Shown in pieces: positions 40,147 through 50,048 of a stretch of DNA of 64,000 nucleotides. The notes below the pieces were generated by a model, which saw nothing but the letters and a program-made list of their open reading frames with translations, was not told where the DNA came from and ran no database searches. The stretch covers positions 462,449 through 526,448 of the forward strand of contig JBHLOY010000001.1 in assembly GCA_048939995.1 (NCBI GenBank), written 5' to 3'. Position 1 is the stretch's first letter. Each line of letters opens with the position of its first letter. The position numbers and the translations under genes were made by a program. This DNA is from Promethearchaeota archaeon. Its GTDB lineage: Archaea; Asgardarchaeota; Lokiarchaeia; Sigyniarchaeales; SOKP01.

Positions 40147-40746
40147 ATGCAGATATTCTTTTTCATCAAATCTAGAAGCGTTGATATTACTCATTATACA
40201 ATTAAGGATATTCCGGGTTCTTCTGGAAGATTGGATGTAATTTCAAGGTGTATTTTGGCAGCTATATTGAATGAAAATGGATTTAAGAATAATATACAAG
40301 TATGGGTATTTCTAGAAAATTATGGTACATATATCTTTCAACCGAAAGCATTGGATTTTTATCTATTTCCCAAGAGTGAAATATTGCTTACTGATTATTT
40401 TGTAGACATAATAAAAAATAAGAAAGGTAAGTCAAAATATTCAAATAATCCTCTTAAAAATGTTGTATTTTCCAATAAAGATATTTTAACGTCAATAATC
40501 TACTTTCTGAATAAAGATTACGCTATATATATACTAAATGAAGAGGGAATGGATTTTTTTGATTATTTAAATGAAATAGTATCAAAAAAGAATATGATAT
40601 TCATTATTGGGAGTCAAACTGGTGAGATAATAAAGTCAAAAGAACTAGTTAAGTTGAATCTACCGAATATAAGTCTAGGAACTCAATCGTATTTAGCGTC
40701 TTCTGTAATTCGATTAATAAGGATAAATTTAGAGTTAAAAATATGA
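40147..40746 (+). CDS. trmY: tRNA (pseudouridine54-N1)-methyltransferase-like SPOUT protein
   Basis: D.PG.SGRLDVISRC, L.EEG, FIIG and ISLG motifs. Confidence 0.8.
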   Translation: MQIFFFIKSRSVDITHYTIKDIPGSSGRLDVISRCILAAILNENGFKNNIQVWVFLENYGTYIFQPKALDFYLFPKSEILLTDYFVDIIKNKKGKSKYSNNPLKNVVFSNKDILTSIIYFLNKDYAIYILNEEGMDFFDYLNEIVSKKNMIFIIGSQTGEIIKSKELVKLNLPNISLGTQSYLASSVIRLIRINLELKI

Positions 40747-40804
40747 AAAATTTTTTATTTTAAAAAGTGCTAAAATTAAACATATATCGAAAGCTGAATT
40801 TTAA

Positions 40805-41491
40805 TTGAGAGAAGAAGAGAAAGCAATAACGAAAAGAGAAAATCAAAGGAGGATATTGGATAAATTTATTGATCGCCCAGTGAATTATTTAATAAAGAAA
40901 AAGCTTTCTCCTAATTTCCTTTCTTATATTGGCTTTTTATTCTCAGTTAGCACTGCTTTTTTTATTTCAATAGGAGCACTCCACTTTCCTATCTGGTTGG
41001 CGTGGATCGTGCCTTTTTTAATGTTTTGGGCTGGTGCGTTTGATGTTTTTGACGGGGAGGTAGCAAGACGAACGGGTCATAATTCAAGAGCAGGAGCATT
41101 CTTAGATTCTAATTTAGATCGTGTATCTGATACTATAATTGTTCTAAGTTTAGTATTTGGGAATTATATTGATTATTTATCTGGCTACATCCTTCTTTTT
41201 TTAATAATAATGATTTCTTATATTAGAGCTAGAGCAGAAAACGAAGGAGTAGATATGAAGGGAGTGGGATTTATGGAGAGAGCTGAGAGACTTATAATTA
41301 TGTGGGGTGCTTTTATAACTGAATTTTGGATTTTTTATTTATCAAATCTTATATATGGGTTTCCTTTCAAATGGTTTTTACAGATTTTTGTGATTGTATT
41401 TATGGGATTACTTGCATTAACAATTCTTCAAAGATTTTTTTATTCACTAAAATCCTTACGAAAAATTGATAAACGTATTAAAATCTTTTAG
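40805..41491 (+). CDS. CDP-alcohol phosphatidyltransferase (archaetidylinositol phosphate synthase-like)
   Basis: DVFDGEVAR...GAFLDSNLDR, SYIRARAE and G.MERAER motifs. Confidence 0.9.
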   Translation: MREEEKAITKRENQRRILDKFIDRPVNYLIKKKLSPNFLSYIGFLFSVSTAFFISIGALHFPIWLAWIVPFLMFWAGAFDVFDGEVARRTGHNSRAGAFLDSNLDRVSDTIIVLSLVFGNYIDYLSGYILLFLIIMISYIRARAENEGVDMKGVGFMERAERLIIMWGAFITEFWIFYLSNLIYGFPFKWFLQIFVIVFMGLLALTILQRFFYSLKSLRKIDKRIKIF

Positions 41492-41581
41492 AGTTGTTAA
41501 AAAACCCGATGAAAGAATAAATTTTTTAAGGTTTAGCTTATTCAAATACCTAGAAATAAGATACTAGAAAGGCTGATTTTA

Positions 41582-41854
41582 ATTCCCAAAAAGAGAAGAA
41601 GTGGCGGTAAAAGCGGTTCAAGAAAGGGGCAATATTCAAAGGTGCAATGCGCTAATTGCGGGCGTTTTGTTGCCCGAAGTAAAGCTAAAGCAGTTACTAG
41701 AAGGGTTTCGTTGGTAGATGGTAGAATGTATGCTGAATTAAAAAAGACAGGAACAATCATACAAGCCCCTAGTAAAACAAAATATTATTGTATCAGTTGC
41801 GCAATTCACCAGCATACAATAAGCCAAAGAGATAAGAATTTAAGAAAAGGATGA
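41582..41854 (+). CDS. rps26e: 30S ribosomal protein S26e, inferred ATT start
   Basis: (I)PKKRRSGGKSGSRKGQYSKVQCANCGRFVARSKA...YCISCAIH. Confidence 0.92.
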   Translation: MPKKRRSGGKSGSRKGQYSKVQCANCGRFVARSKAKAVTRRVSLVDGRMYAELKKTGTIIQAPSKTKYYCISCAIHQHTISQRDKNLRKG

Positions 41855-41949
41855 ATATCCATCCGAATTAGTTGATTAAACTTGATCTAAATTCTTTAGA
41901 GGAGTTTACTTATAGTTAATTTAATTTTTTTTATTGGTATAGAGAGTGA

Positions 41950-43944
41950 CTATAGATTAAGCGCCTTAAAGAATGAGGGTAAAGAATACACTATTTCGCA
42001 AGTTTCTTCACTTAAAACTTCAATAATTGCGCGTATTAAATATATTTCTTTTAAATCGGGCGTAGGTTTATAGATTTTAACTTTCACATTTGAATTTAGT
42101 TTTAGAGAATAATTTTCAGCAATACCAGTCAATTTTTCCTCACTCTTTACTATGATACCTAATAAGCCCAACTCATAATGGGATACAATAAAAAGATAAT
42201 TATTTCCCTTTCGATTTTCTAATTTTTCAAAGTGAACTACTTCCAAATAATCCTCTTGAAGCTCTTTAGGTAACTTATTGAATGGGATTACTTTTTTCTT
42301 TCCTGAAATATATGGAAAAGGCGTATAGAACAAAATATTGAAACTTGAAATTTTTTTAATTTGTTCATTGTACTTTTCAACATCCTTCACAGAATATGCC
42401 TGCTCTAATAATAAATCCAACTTATCAACCATCATATCTTCTGCAGAATATCCGTTCAATACAGTTGCGATATAAGCTCGTTTTAGTTTCTCTATCAAAA
42501 CATCACTTCTTACGGTTAATTTGTAATCGATACTTATTTCTAGAGCCTCGTTATAAAGATTTGCGGCCAATTGCGAGTGACCAAGAGCAAGAAAATAATC
42601 ACCAAGTTCACTAAATACAATTATAGCATCCAAAAAGTTTTTCTCAAAGTCTAAATTTGATACTTCTTGCATTATTCCCATAGCTGTATTTCTTTCTTTA
42701 CCTTGGATATAAAGAGCTATAGCTTTTCCAATTAAACATTTTAATTTTAATTTATCATCTTTATATATATCGGCAAGTTCTTCAGTAAAGTTATAGGCCA
42801 AAAGCGCATTATCATATAATCCATGAAATAGAAGTATTAAGGCTTTAACGTAGTTTAATGTTAGACAAGTTTGATGATTATGAATAATTATAGAAAAGAA
42901 TGCTGCTCTTTCAAGTGAATTGATAGCGGAATTGATCCTTCCTAATGAGACTAAAATGAAAGCGCGTAAAAATTCCATTTTTGAAATCTCAGAACATATA
43001 AGAGCCTCAACTATTTCATAATCCTTTACTTTACTCAGTTTTCCCGCAGCTAATTGGAGTAGTGAAACTAAAAATCCATTTCCCTTTTTTAAATATTTAG
43101 CAGCTTCATTTGATTCATTCTTAACTATTGCTTCACGTGTTCTTTTGAGATATTCTCGTGCAATTTTTAAATTTTCAAGAAAATTCTGAATGCCACGAAT
43201 CTTATCAATATCATTGTTAGATAATTTTTGCTCTTCAATATATTTTTCTGCAACAATAACTTCCTCTGCATGTCTACTTACTCCTATTTCAAACTTCATT
43301 TGTTCATCTTTTTTCTCAAAGAATTGAACGTCCTGGGTCAGTATGGAGTCTTGTGTAACATTTATGGCTTTTTCAATAAGCCATTGTATTTTCTGTTCAG
43401 CTGGGTAAACATGTGCGCGCTCAATCATATAATGAAGGGTATAATTGAGACTTTTTCTCCAGAGATCCTTAAAATAATTCCTTAGCTGTTTATTTGGTAT
43501 CGTTCTATTTATTTTGAGGAGGAAGCTTGAAAGAGATAGGATATTAACCTTGCTCCTCAAAATAGAGGCTGCATTTTTCGCTAACTTAAAATCATCAGTA
43601 ACTAGATGGATTGCCGTATCGTCATCTAATAATCGTTCACTCAAAGCAATTAAGGATAAATCAGGATCTTGAGCAGGAAACTTTATATTTGATTTATCTA
43701 GTTCATCCTTGATCATCTTAATTTCAGATTGCAAAATCTTCTCAACATTTATGAACTTTTTGAATCTTTCCTTAAAAGTAAGAGGTGCTTTAATTTCATT
43801 GAAAACATCATCAGTTATGTAATAAGCTAAGCCTAAATCTTTTCCCGCAATTTCTAGATTCTTTAAAAAGTTTTTAGCTCGGACTGAGATAGCACATATA
43901 AAAAAATTTGCGTCAAAGATGACTTTTTCTCTTGTTTCAACCAT
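41950..43944 (-). CDS. PIN-domain (Nob1-like motif spacing) protein fused to TPR-like repeats
   Basis: IFDANFFI, V.NEI, D.DLSLIAL and LVTDDF motifs, then helical repeats. Confidence 0.75.
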   Translation of the reverse strand: MVETREKVIFDANFFICAISVRAKNFLKNLEIAGKDLGLAYYITDDVFNEIKAPLTFKERFKKFINVEKILQSEIKMIKDELDKSNIKFPAQDPDLSLIALSERLLDDDTAIHLVTDDFKLAKNAASILRSKVNILSLSSFLLKINRTIPNKQLRNYFKDLWRKSLNYTLHYMIERAHVYPAEQKIQWLIEKAINVTQDSILTQDVQFFEKKDEQMKFEIGVSRHAEEVIVAEKYIEEQKLSNNDIDKIRGIQNFLENLKIAREYLKRTREAIVKNESNEAAKYLKKGNGFLVSLLQLAAGKLSKVKDYEIVEALICSEISKMEFLRAFILVSLGRINSAINSLERAAFFSIIIHNHQTCLTLNYVKALILLFHGLYDNALLAYNFTEELADIYKDDKLKLKCLIGKAIALYIQGKERNTAMGIMQEVSNLDFEKNFLDAIIVFSELGDYFLALGHSQLAANLYNEALEISIDYKLTVRSDVLIEKLKRAYIATVLNGYSAEDMMVDKLDLLLEQAYSVKDVEKYNEQIKKISSFNILFYTPFPYISGKKKVIPFNKLPKELQEDYLEVVHFEKLENRKGNNYLFIVSHYELGLLGIIVKSEEKLTGIAENYSLKLNSNVKVKIYKPTPDLKEIYLIRAIIEVLSEETCEIVYSLPSFFKALNL

Positions 43945-44125
43945 AATTCGAAATTTTCATCGGTTTTTTCTAAATCCTTGAAAAAAATTTTTACAAATAT
44001 AGTATAGATTAATTGTTTATATTGTTGTTTTTTTGATTAATTTTAATATATTTAGGGACAATTTTTAATATTAATAATTTTAGAAAATTTGATTTTTGTT
44101 ATAAGATCATGAGAGGTAGGCTAAT

Positions 44126-44629
44126 TTGATTGTTTTATCTGTAATTGGTCATTCTGGAAGTGGTAAAACTTATTTAATTACAAAAGCAATTAAATTGTTA
44201 AAGAATCAACTTAACCTAAATAGTTCAGTTATTAAAAACATTCATGAACATAAGATAGATATAGAGGGGAAAGATTCGCATAGATTTATTGATGCTGGAG
44301 CTCAATATTCAGTCATTAGAAATAGGTTAGATGAAAATGCAATTTTCTTTAACAAAAAGGTTGAATTGCATAAGTTAATAGAATGGATTAAAGGAGGTCC
44401 ATTTAAAACTGATATAATATTCATTGAGGGGTTTAGAAATTTACGTTTCCCAACCATCCTTTGTATTAAAGAATTATCTGAAGTTAGTTCTCAACTTACA
44501 AATAAAGTAAAAATGATCTCGGGTTTTATTACCGCAAATAGAGCTCGATTTCAAACTGAAACAGGTATACCTGTTGTAGATATTGTTAATGACTTTGAAA
44601 GGTTCTTGAATATTTTTAAGATTAAATAG
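44126..44629 (+). CDS. mobB: Molybdopterin-guanine dinucleotide biosynthesis protein B
   Basis: GHSGSGKT, IK..H, D.EGKDS.RF..AGA and IEGF motifs. Confidence 0.9.
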   Translation: MIVLSVIGHSGSGKTYLITKAIKLLKNQLNLNSSVIKNIHEHKIDIEGKDSHRFIDAGAQYSVIRNRLDENAIFFNKKVELHKLIEWIKGGPFKTDIIFIEGFRNLRFPTILCIKELSEVSSQLTNKVKMISGFITANRARFQTETGIPVVDIVNDFERFLNIFKIK

Positions 44630-44647
44630 ATTTGCCAAATTTAATTT

Positions 44648-46588
44648 CTAGGGTTTATACCAGAAACTTGTGAGCTGTCGACAAATCCGTTTGAAATTTT
44701 CTTTCACTTCCTGATTTTCCTCAGAAATTTGATCAACCATATAAACACTTAATTGTTTATAGATCTCATTTTTATCTTTAGAATCTTTAATAAGTGCCCT
44801 AATTTGAGATAGATAATCATTTAATGGTGAAATTATCTCTTTTATTAGCCATTCTTCAAATGACTTTTGATCACTATCAGAAATAAAATTATAAGTAATT
44901 ACAAATCTTGCAATATCTATAAAATCATAAAAATTCTCATTTGATAACAGTTTTGGTGAAACCTCAACATTATAAGAATGTAAATCATCAAAAAGATAAT
45001 CTTTATTCATACTAATTATATAATCGGGCCAAACATCATCTGAAACGTTTAAATCTTGAAAAATGAATAATTCTAGTACTCTTAGAGCAATGTTTTTTCC
45101 AATGTACCTACTTCTTGGGTCAATAAAATTTTTAGATGCTTGGTTGGGATTATTTCTAATAAAGATCTTATCAATCAATGTATATAACATACGACAGATA
45201 TGGTCTATTATAATCGTAAATGAGAATGGTTTATTATCTGGATTTTCTTCAATTATTTTGTTCTCTTGGTCAATTAACCTTAAAATTTTTTGATTTAAAC
45301 TTCTTAAGAATGTTCTAAAAAATTCATAATTCAAATGGTTAATTTGCTTATCAAAGATTTTGAGAAAGAATAGATCAAAATTATCAAAATTAGATATTGA
45401 TGCAAAGAAATCTAAGAAACTTTGTATATCCTTAATAGTAGAGGCATTAATGACTTTTTTCCCTTTTTTATTGTACTCATTTAACTTTGATGAAAATTCT
45501 CCTGGCAAAAAAAGTAAATCACCAACCTCAAAAACTTCTAAATTTCCACTCCCAAAATAATACTTCATATATAATAGAAATAAGTTAAATTGAGCCTTAG
45601 CTGAGGGTAGGTTATTTGCTTGAAAAGTAGAATACAAAGTTGATTTTTTATCTATAAAATCAAAAATTTTTAGGAGTGCATTTTTCTTTTCATCCGTATA
45701 GTTAAAATTTACCAGGAAGTCTCTTTTGATCACATCAATTTTGGAATAAACTGAGTCTTCAACACGAGCACAAACGAAATTAAAAAAATCTAATAATGGA
45801 GAAAAATTTTGAAGTAAATTACATTTTTTATAGAAATAATACAACAGATCAACTAATCTCTCTTTAGCAAAAGGGTATTCTTCTAACGCGATTTGATATA
45901 ATCTTTCTCTTCCTTGTAATAGTTTATCGTAATATTCATCTGGGATACCCGTATAATGCTTCAGAAAGTAATAAAGAAACATAAAGTAATAACTTTCAAA
46001 CATTTCATCATTACTATCCTTAATGACAATAAGAAAGTTAATAGTACTGTCTTCTCCACTATTTTTTATCACTGCTCCATCCAAGGTTACATGAAATTTT
46101 TCTTTTAAAAGTTTTCTTAAGATTGCTCCTAGTATTGACACAATTAAATAAATATACCCAAAAGGAGAGGTTATACCGTTAATATGATTATTTACTTTTC
46201 TTTTTAGGTCATTAAAATATTTGACTTCTTCGCGTGATAAATGATAGTTATATTCGAGGAATACATTATCTTCTGAGATTTTTTCTTTACTTCTCAATTC
46301 TAGTGAATTAAGATCAAGCCCGCAAAAACTCTGTAAATAGTAGGTAAAATAATCATGAAATTTCTGATAAAGAAAAGTACCATAGGTTTTTGTAATTATC
46401 CTTCTTTGGTTCTTTATTCTGAATTCTTCCCATTCAGATATAATCTTCAGTTTGAAATTATTAAACGTTCCTTCATTTTTTTTTAAAATATCGAAAAAAA
46501 TGTTCGAATTGAGTTTAAGGGTAAACCTATCTCCCTTAAAATTCTCCCCTATCAATTGCAAAATATTATTCAGTTTAGGTGGTTCCAA
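44648..46588 (-). CDS. Hypothetical protein (646 aa)
   Basis: Long ORF with no recognised family. Confidence 0.7.
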   Translation of the reverse strand: MEPPKLNNILQLIGENFKGDRFTLKLNSNIFFDILKKNEGTFNNFKLKIISEWEEFRIKNQRRIITKTYGTFLYQKFHDYFTYYLQSFCGLDLNSLELRSKEKISEDNVFLEYNYHLSREEVKYFNDLKRKVNNHINGITSPFGYIYLIVSILGAILRKLLKEKFHVTLDGAVIKNSGEDSTINFLIVIKDSNDEMFESYYFMFLYYFLKHYTGIPDEYYDKLLQGRERLYQIALEEYPFAKERLVDLLYYFYKKCNLLQNFSPLLDFFNFVCARVEDSVYSKIDVIKRDFLVNFNYTDEKKNALLKIFDFIDKKSTLYSTFQANNLPSAKAQFNLFLLYMKYYFGSGNLEVFEVGDLLFLPGEFSSKLNEYNKKGKKVINASTIKDIQSFLDFFASISNFDNFDLFFLKIFDKQINHLNYEFFRTFLRSLNQKILRLIDQENKIIEENPDNKPFSFTIIIDHICRMLYTLIDKIFIRNNPNQASKNFIDPRSRYIGKNIALRVLELFIFQDLNVSDDVWPDYIISMNKDYLFDDLHSYNVEVSPKLLSNENFYDFIDIARFVITYNFISDSDQKSFEEWLIKEIISPLNDYLSQIRALIKDSKDKNEIYKQLSVYMVDQISEENQEVKENFKRICRQLTSFWYKP

Positions 46589-46748
46589 AATTAACTCAAG
46601 TTAAACTAATTTTTTTATGCTATTATCCAATAACCCTAAATAATATATCAAAAGTATATAAATAAAATGATATTCAAGAAATAAAAATGTTAACTATATA
46701 ATCTGAAATTATAAAAAGATCATAAAATAATTTTTAGTCATTTTTTTT

Positions 46749-47789
46749 TCATATGAAAATTTTTGTAATTTCATCAATTTCAGAGTATTCAAGAGGCTTT
46801 TTGAGGTTGTTTCTGTCTAAAATCATGGCTTTTTGATTCTTTGAGGTGAAATTGCCAATTTTATCTGCTTTTATATCATTTCTTTTTAAATAATCAACTA
46901 GTTCCAAGGCAGATTCATCTTTAATCGAAATTAACAAAGATCCAGAAGAGATTGTACCCATTGGATTTAAATTGAAAATTCTACTCAACTCTAAGGGCTC
47001 TGGTAGGATTTTGATTTTCTTTTCATTAACAAGAACACCAATGTTAGAAGCAAGAACCATTTCAGTTATACCTGTTGCCAATCCACCTTCAGTGGGATCG
47101 TGCATTCCATTAATTTTGAAATTCTGATTAGCCAAAAGAGCTTCCCTATGAATACTTATACCTGGATTAAATAAGTAATTTTTACATTTTTCTGTAAATT
47201 TTCTGCTATATCCATGTTCAAGCAAAAATTTTTCCTTTTCTCTCCCAATGATAGACGTTCCTTCGATAAAAATGCCTTTAGTTAGAATAAGTGCATCACT
47301 TTGCTTTATATTAGATGATGTTACTAATTTTTCTTTCTCGACTTCCCCTAGCAATGATCCTATTACAATAGGTCTATCGATACCGACCGTTACCTCTGTA
47401 TGTCCTCCTATTACGGATATATTTAGCGAATCACAGGTGTCATGAATACTTTTAAAAATAGATTCTATTAAATCTTCATTTGTTTTACTTTCTGGTAATA
47501 AAATAGTCGATTGAAACCACTTAGGAGTGGCTCCAGTACATACAACGTCGTTTACATTAACTATTACAGAATAATAACCAATTTCATCGGTAACAAAGGT
47601 AACTGGGTCAGTTTTAGCGACAAGTAGTCGATCTCCGATGTCAATTACTGCCGCATCTTCCCCAATTTTAGATCCTAGAATTATTCTCTTATCTTTAATT
47701 TCCAAATCTGATACAAAATTTTTAAGTAGTTTTCTTAAAAGTTCATGTTTTAACTTCCCGATACCGAAAAATCTATTATTGTTTTTCAT
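46749..47789 (-). CDS. AIR synthase-related (HypE-like) protein
   Basis: GKL, GEDAAV, TDP, N.ND, GGHTEVT and MHDPTEGG motifs. Confidence 0.88.
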   Translation of the reverse strand: MKNNNRFFGIGKLKHELLRKLLKNFVSDLEIKDKRIILGSKIGEDAAVIDIGDRLLVAKTDPVTFVTDEIGYYSVIVNVNDVVCTGATPKWFQSTILLPESKTNEDLIESIFKSIHDTCDSLNISVIGGHTEVTVGIDRPIVIGSLLGEVEKEKLVTSSNIKQSDALILTKGIFIEGTSIIGREKEKFLLEHGYSRKFTEKCKNYLFNPGISIHREALLANQNFKINGMHDPTEGGLATGITEMVLASNIGVLVNEKKIKILPEPLELSRIFNLNPMGTISSGSLLISIKDESALELVDYLKRNDIKADKIGNFTSKNQKAMILDRNNLKKPLEYSEIDEITKIFI

Positions 47790-47965
47790 CTTATAACACT
47801 TCTAAGAAGAAAAATTTCATTTTAAAGATTTTATGCTAGACAAATGATTTGATGCAGAATCTAGATTTAAATACAAACAATATTTGGTCTTAATTAAATT
47901 TAAATAGTTTTGAAGTTGTATTTATACATAAAATTATTTATAAAGCCTTAGAGAGACTGAGAAAA

Positions 47966-48442
47966 ATGGGTTTTGGCAAAGCTTTTGGATTTAGTTTACT
48001 TGCATATATAGGTCTTAATTTCCTTTTTGTAATAATTACAAACACTATTACAGGGGAATTAAATACTTTATTCGGTGATATTGCGGCTAATCCATTAATT
48101 CTGTTTATTATTTTACTTGGCCCTGTTACCGAAACACCAACATTAGTTTATGCATCTATAATTTCAGGTCCTTTTGATGCGGGGGTAATAGTAGAATATA
48201 TTGGCTATATCGCCGCTCCACTTGTAGCAGCAATAATCGCGGGTAAAGTAGGCGATAATAAAGCGGGAAGTTTCTTAGGATGGTTTATAACAACGATATT
48301 GATGGCAATTATTTTAATTATGCTAGTTATTTTTTCCATATTAGTAGGAATGACAACTTTTGAAGTTTTAATTTTAGCCGCAATAAATGGTATCTTTTAT
48401 GGTACTTTTGCTTTATTATTTACTACTACAGAATATTATTAA
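47966..48442 (+). CDS. Membrane protein
   Basis: Four hydrophobic segments, ATG with upstream GAG-rich leader. Confidence 0.7.
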   Translation: MGFGKAFGFSLLAYIGLNFLFVIITNTITGELNTLFGDIAANPLILFIILLGPVTETPTLVYASIISGPFDAGVIVEYIGYIAAPLVAAIIAGKVGDNKAGSFLGWFITTILMAIILIMLVIFSILVGMTTFEVLILAAINGIFYGTFALLFTTTEYY

Positions 48443-48465
48443 TTTTCTTAAATTTTACTTTTATT

Positions 48466-49485
48466 TTAATTTGAGGACTCTTTTTCTGGTTTGTGAGTAA
48501 AAACAGAGTAAATACCAAATAGGATAGTAAATATTATAAATATGATAAATAATCCCCAGATTTGTAGGAACAAGTTCTCTTCAATGACTACCCTTGGATT
48601 AATTTTTGATATTTGAACATAAATCTTCATAATAATCAAGAATAAAGCAATTGTATCTACTTTCATAAATTTAAGTTTTTCTTTCAAGTAAATGGTTCTA
48701 TCATAAACTACTCCAATCATATAAAGAAAAAGTAGCAGATCTAAGAAAAAGGAACCTAAAATATAAAGGGGATCTCTTGCTTCTGTGCTGAAGAATTCTC
48801 CGAATAAAAAATTGAAAATGATATACAAAATATATCCAAAACTTAATACAAGAAATAAGGTAATATAGGCTGCAAATGTTTTTTTTATGATTAATTTTAA
48901 GATAACTGCCCCAATTAATGTCAAATTAAGCAAAAAAATAATAAATAAAATAAGTACAATTATTCTATATAATTCACTAGATACTCTCGAAAAGAATATA
49001 TTTGTTATTCGAAAAAGCCACCAGTTTAAAAAACCAAAAATAATAAATTCTATTGACCTTAAAATTTTCCTAAATTTTGTGAAATGGATATAATCATCAA
49101 TCTTAGTAGCTGAATCCATACATAATTTAAATGCAAAAAAAGCAGTAAAAAATAAATTTGTATACAATAAGATAATAAAAAAGAGATTAGATAACGCTAA
49201 AGATACTAAAATTTGGAATAAAACTGCTATTGTTAATGATAAGCCAAAAATAATTATAATTAAGAATTTCTTTAGTTCTTCAATATTTTTAAAAAAAGAA
49301 AGAATAAAAATTACTATAGAAAATATTAATAGACCTCCACCAAAATTGAAAATGAAATCACGTATAAAATTAGAAAGCAAGAAATTATTTATCAAAATTA
49401 AAATCCAAATTGCAAGAAATGAGCTTATAATAAAAAGATAAACTGGTTTCTTTGCAACTCCCTTCAAACCGGAGATAAATGACAT
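48466..49485 (-). CDS. Polytopic membrane protein
   Basis: About 10 hydrophobic segments. Confidence 0.7.
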   Translation of the reverse strand: MSFISGLKGVAKKPVYLFIISSFLAIWILILINNFLLSNFIRDFIFNFGGGLLIFSIVIFILSFFKNIEELKKFLIIIIFGLSLTIAVLFQILVSLALSNLFFIILLYTNLFFTAFFAFKLCMDSATKIDDYIHFTKFRKILRSIEFIIFGFLNWWLFRITNIFFSRVSSELYRIIVLILFIIFLLNLTLIGAVILKLIIKKTFAAYITLFLVLSFGYILYIIFNFLFGEFFSTEARDPLYILGSFFLDLLLFLYMIGVVYDRTIYLKEKLKFMKVDTIALFLIIMKIYVQISKINPRVVIEENLFLQIWGLFIIFIIFTILFGIYSVFTHKPEKESSN

Positions 49486-49775
49486 AAAGATTCTTCTTTT
49501 AATGAATACATGTTTTTCTTATATATCATTTTAATAAAATTTTGCTTTAATATGTTCTAATTAATGATATTAACATATTAATATGACTTTCACTTCGAAA
49601 TTAATATAAGATTAACAATAGTATAAGTAAATTTCGACCATTAAATTTGATAATTTTTGGTTTTGGAATTCAATTTTGACATAAAGAGCGACACAATTTT
49701 GAGAATACTCTTAATTTCAATAAAAGTCAAAGAAGGATGAATTTTAATAAGGTTAGGTTAAGGGATTAAAAAAAT

Positions 49776-50048
49776 ATGAGTTCAGGAAAAATTATAGAAA
49801 ATTTCCAAATCAAGGTCAATGATCTTTTGGATTACAATACATTTGAAGTGAAACTGACTTCCAATCCATTAGTTTCAAGTTCACTTGGCATAAAAACTGA
49901 TCTTGAGAATATTTTTTCTAAGATTTATGAAATTCATTGGTTATTGAAAGCCAATTCACAATTATCTAATAATGAAAGGCTAGATTATTGTAAAGTAGAA
50001 AGAATATTAATGATAAAGTATCTAAAGAAACTTGTAGATAAATTTTGA
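49776..50048 (+). CDS. Hypothetical protein
   Basis: 90 aa ATG ORF with a short convergent overlap. Confidence 0.4.
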   Translation: MSSGKIIENFQIKVNDLLDYNTFEVKLTSNPLVSSSLGIKTDLENIFSKIYEIHWLLKANSQLSNNERLDYCKVERILMIKYLKKLVDKF

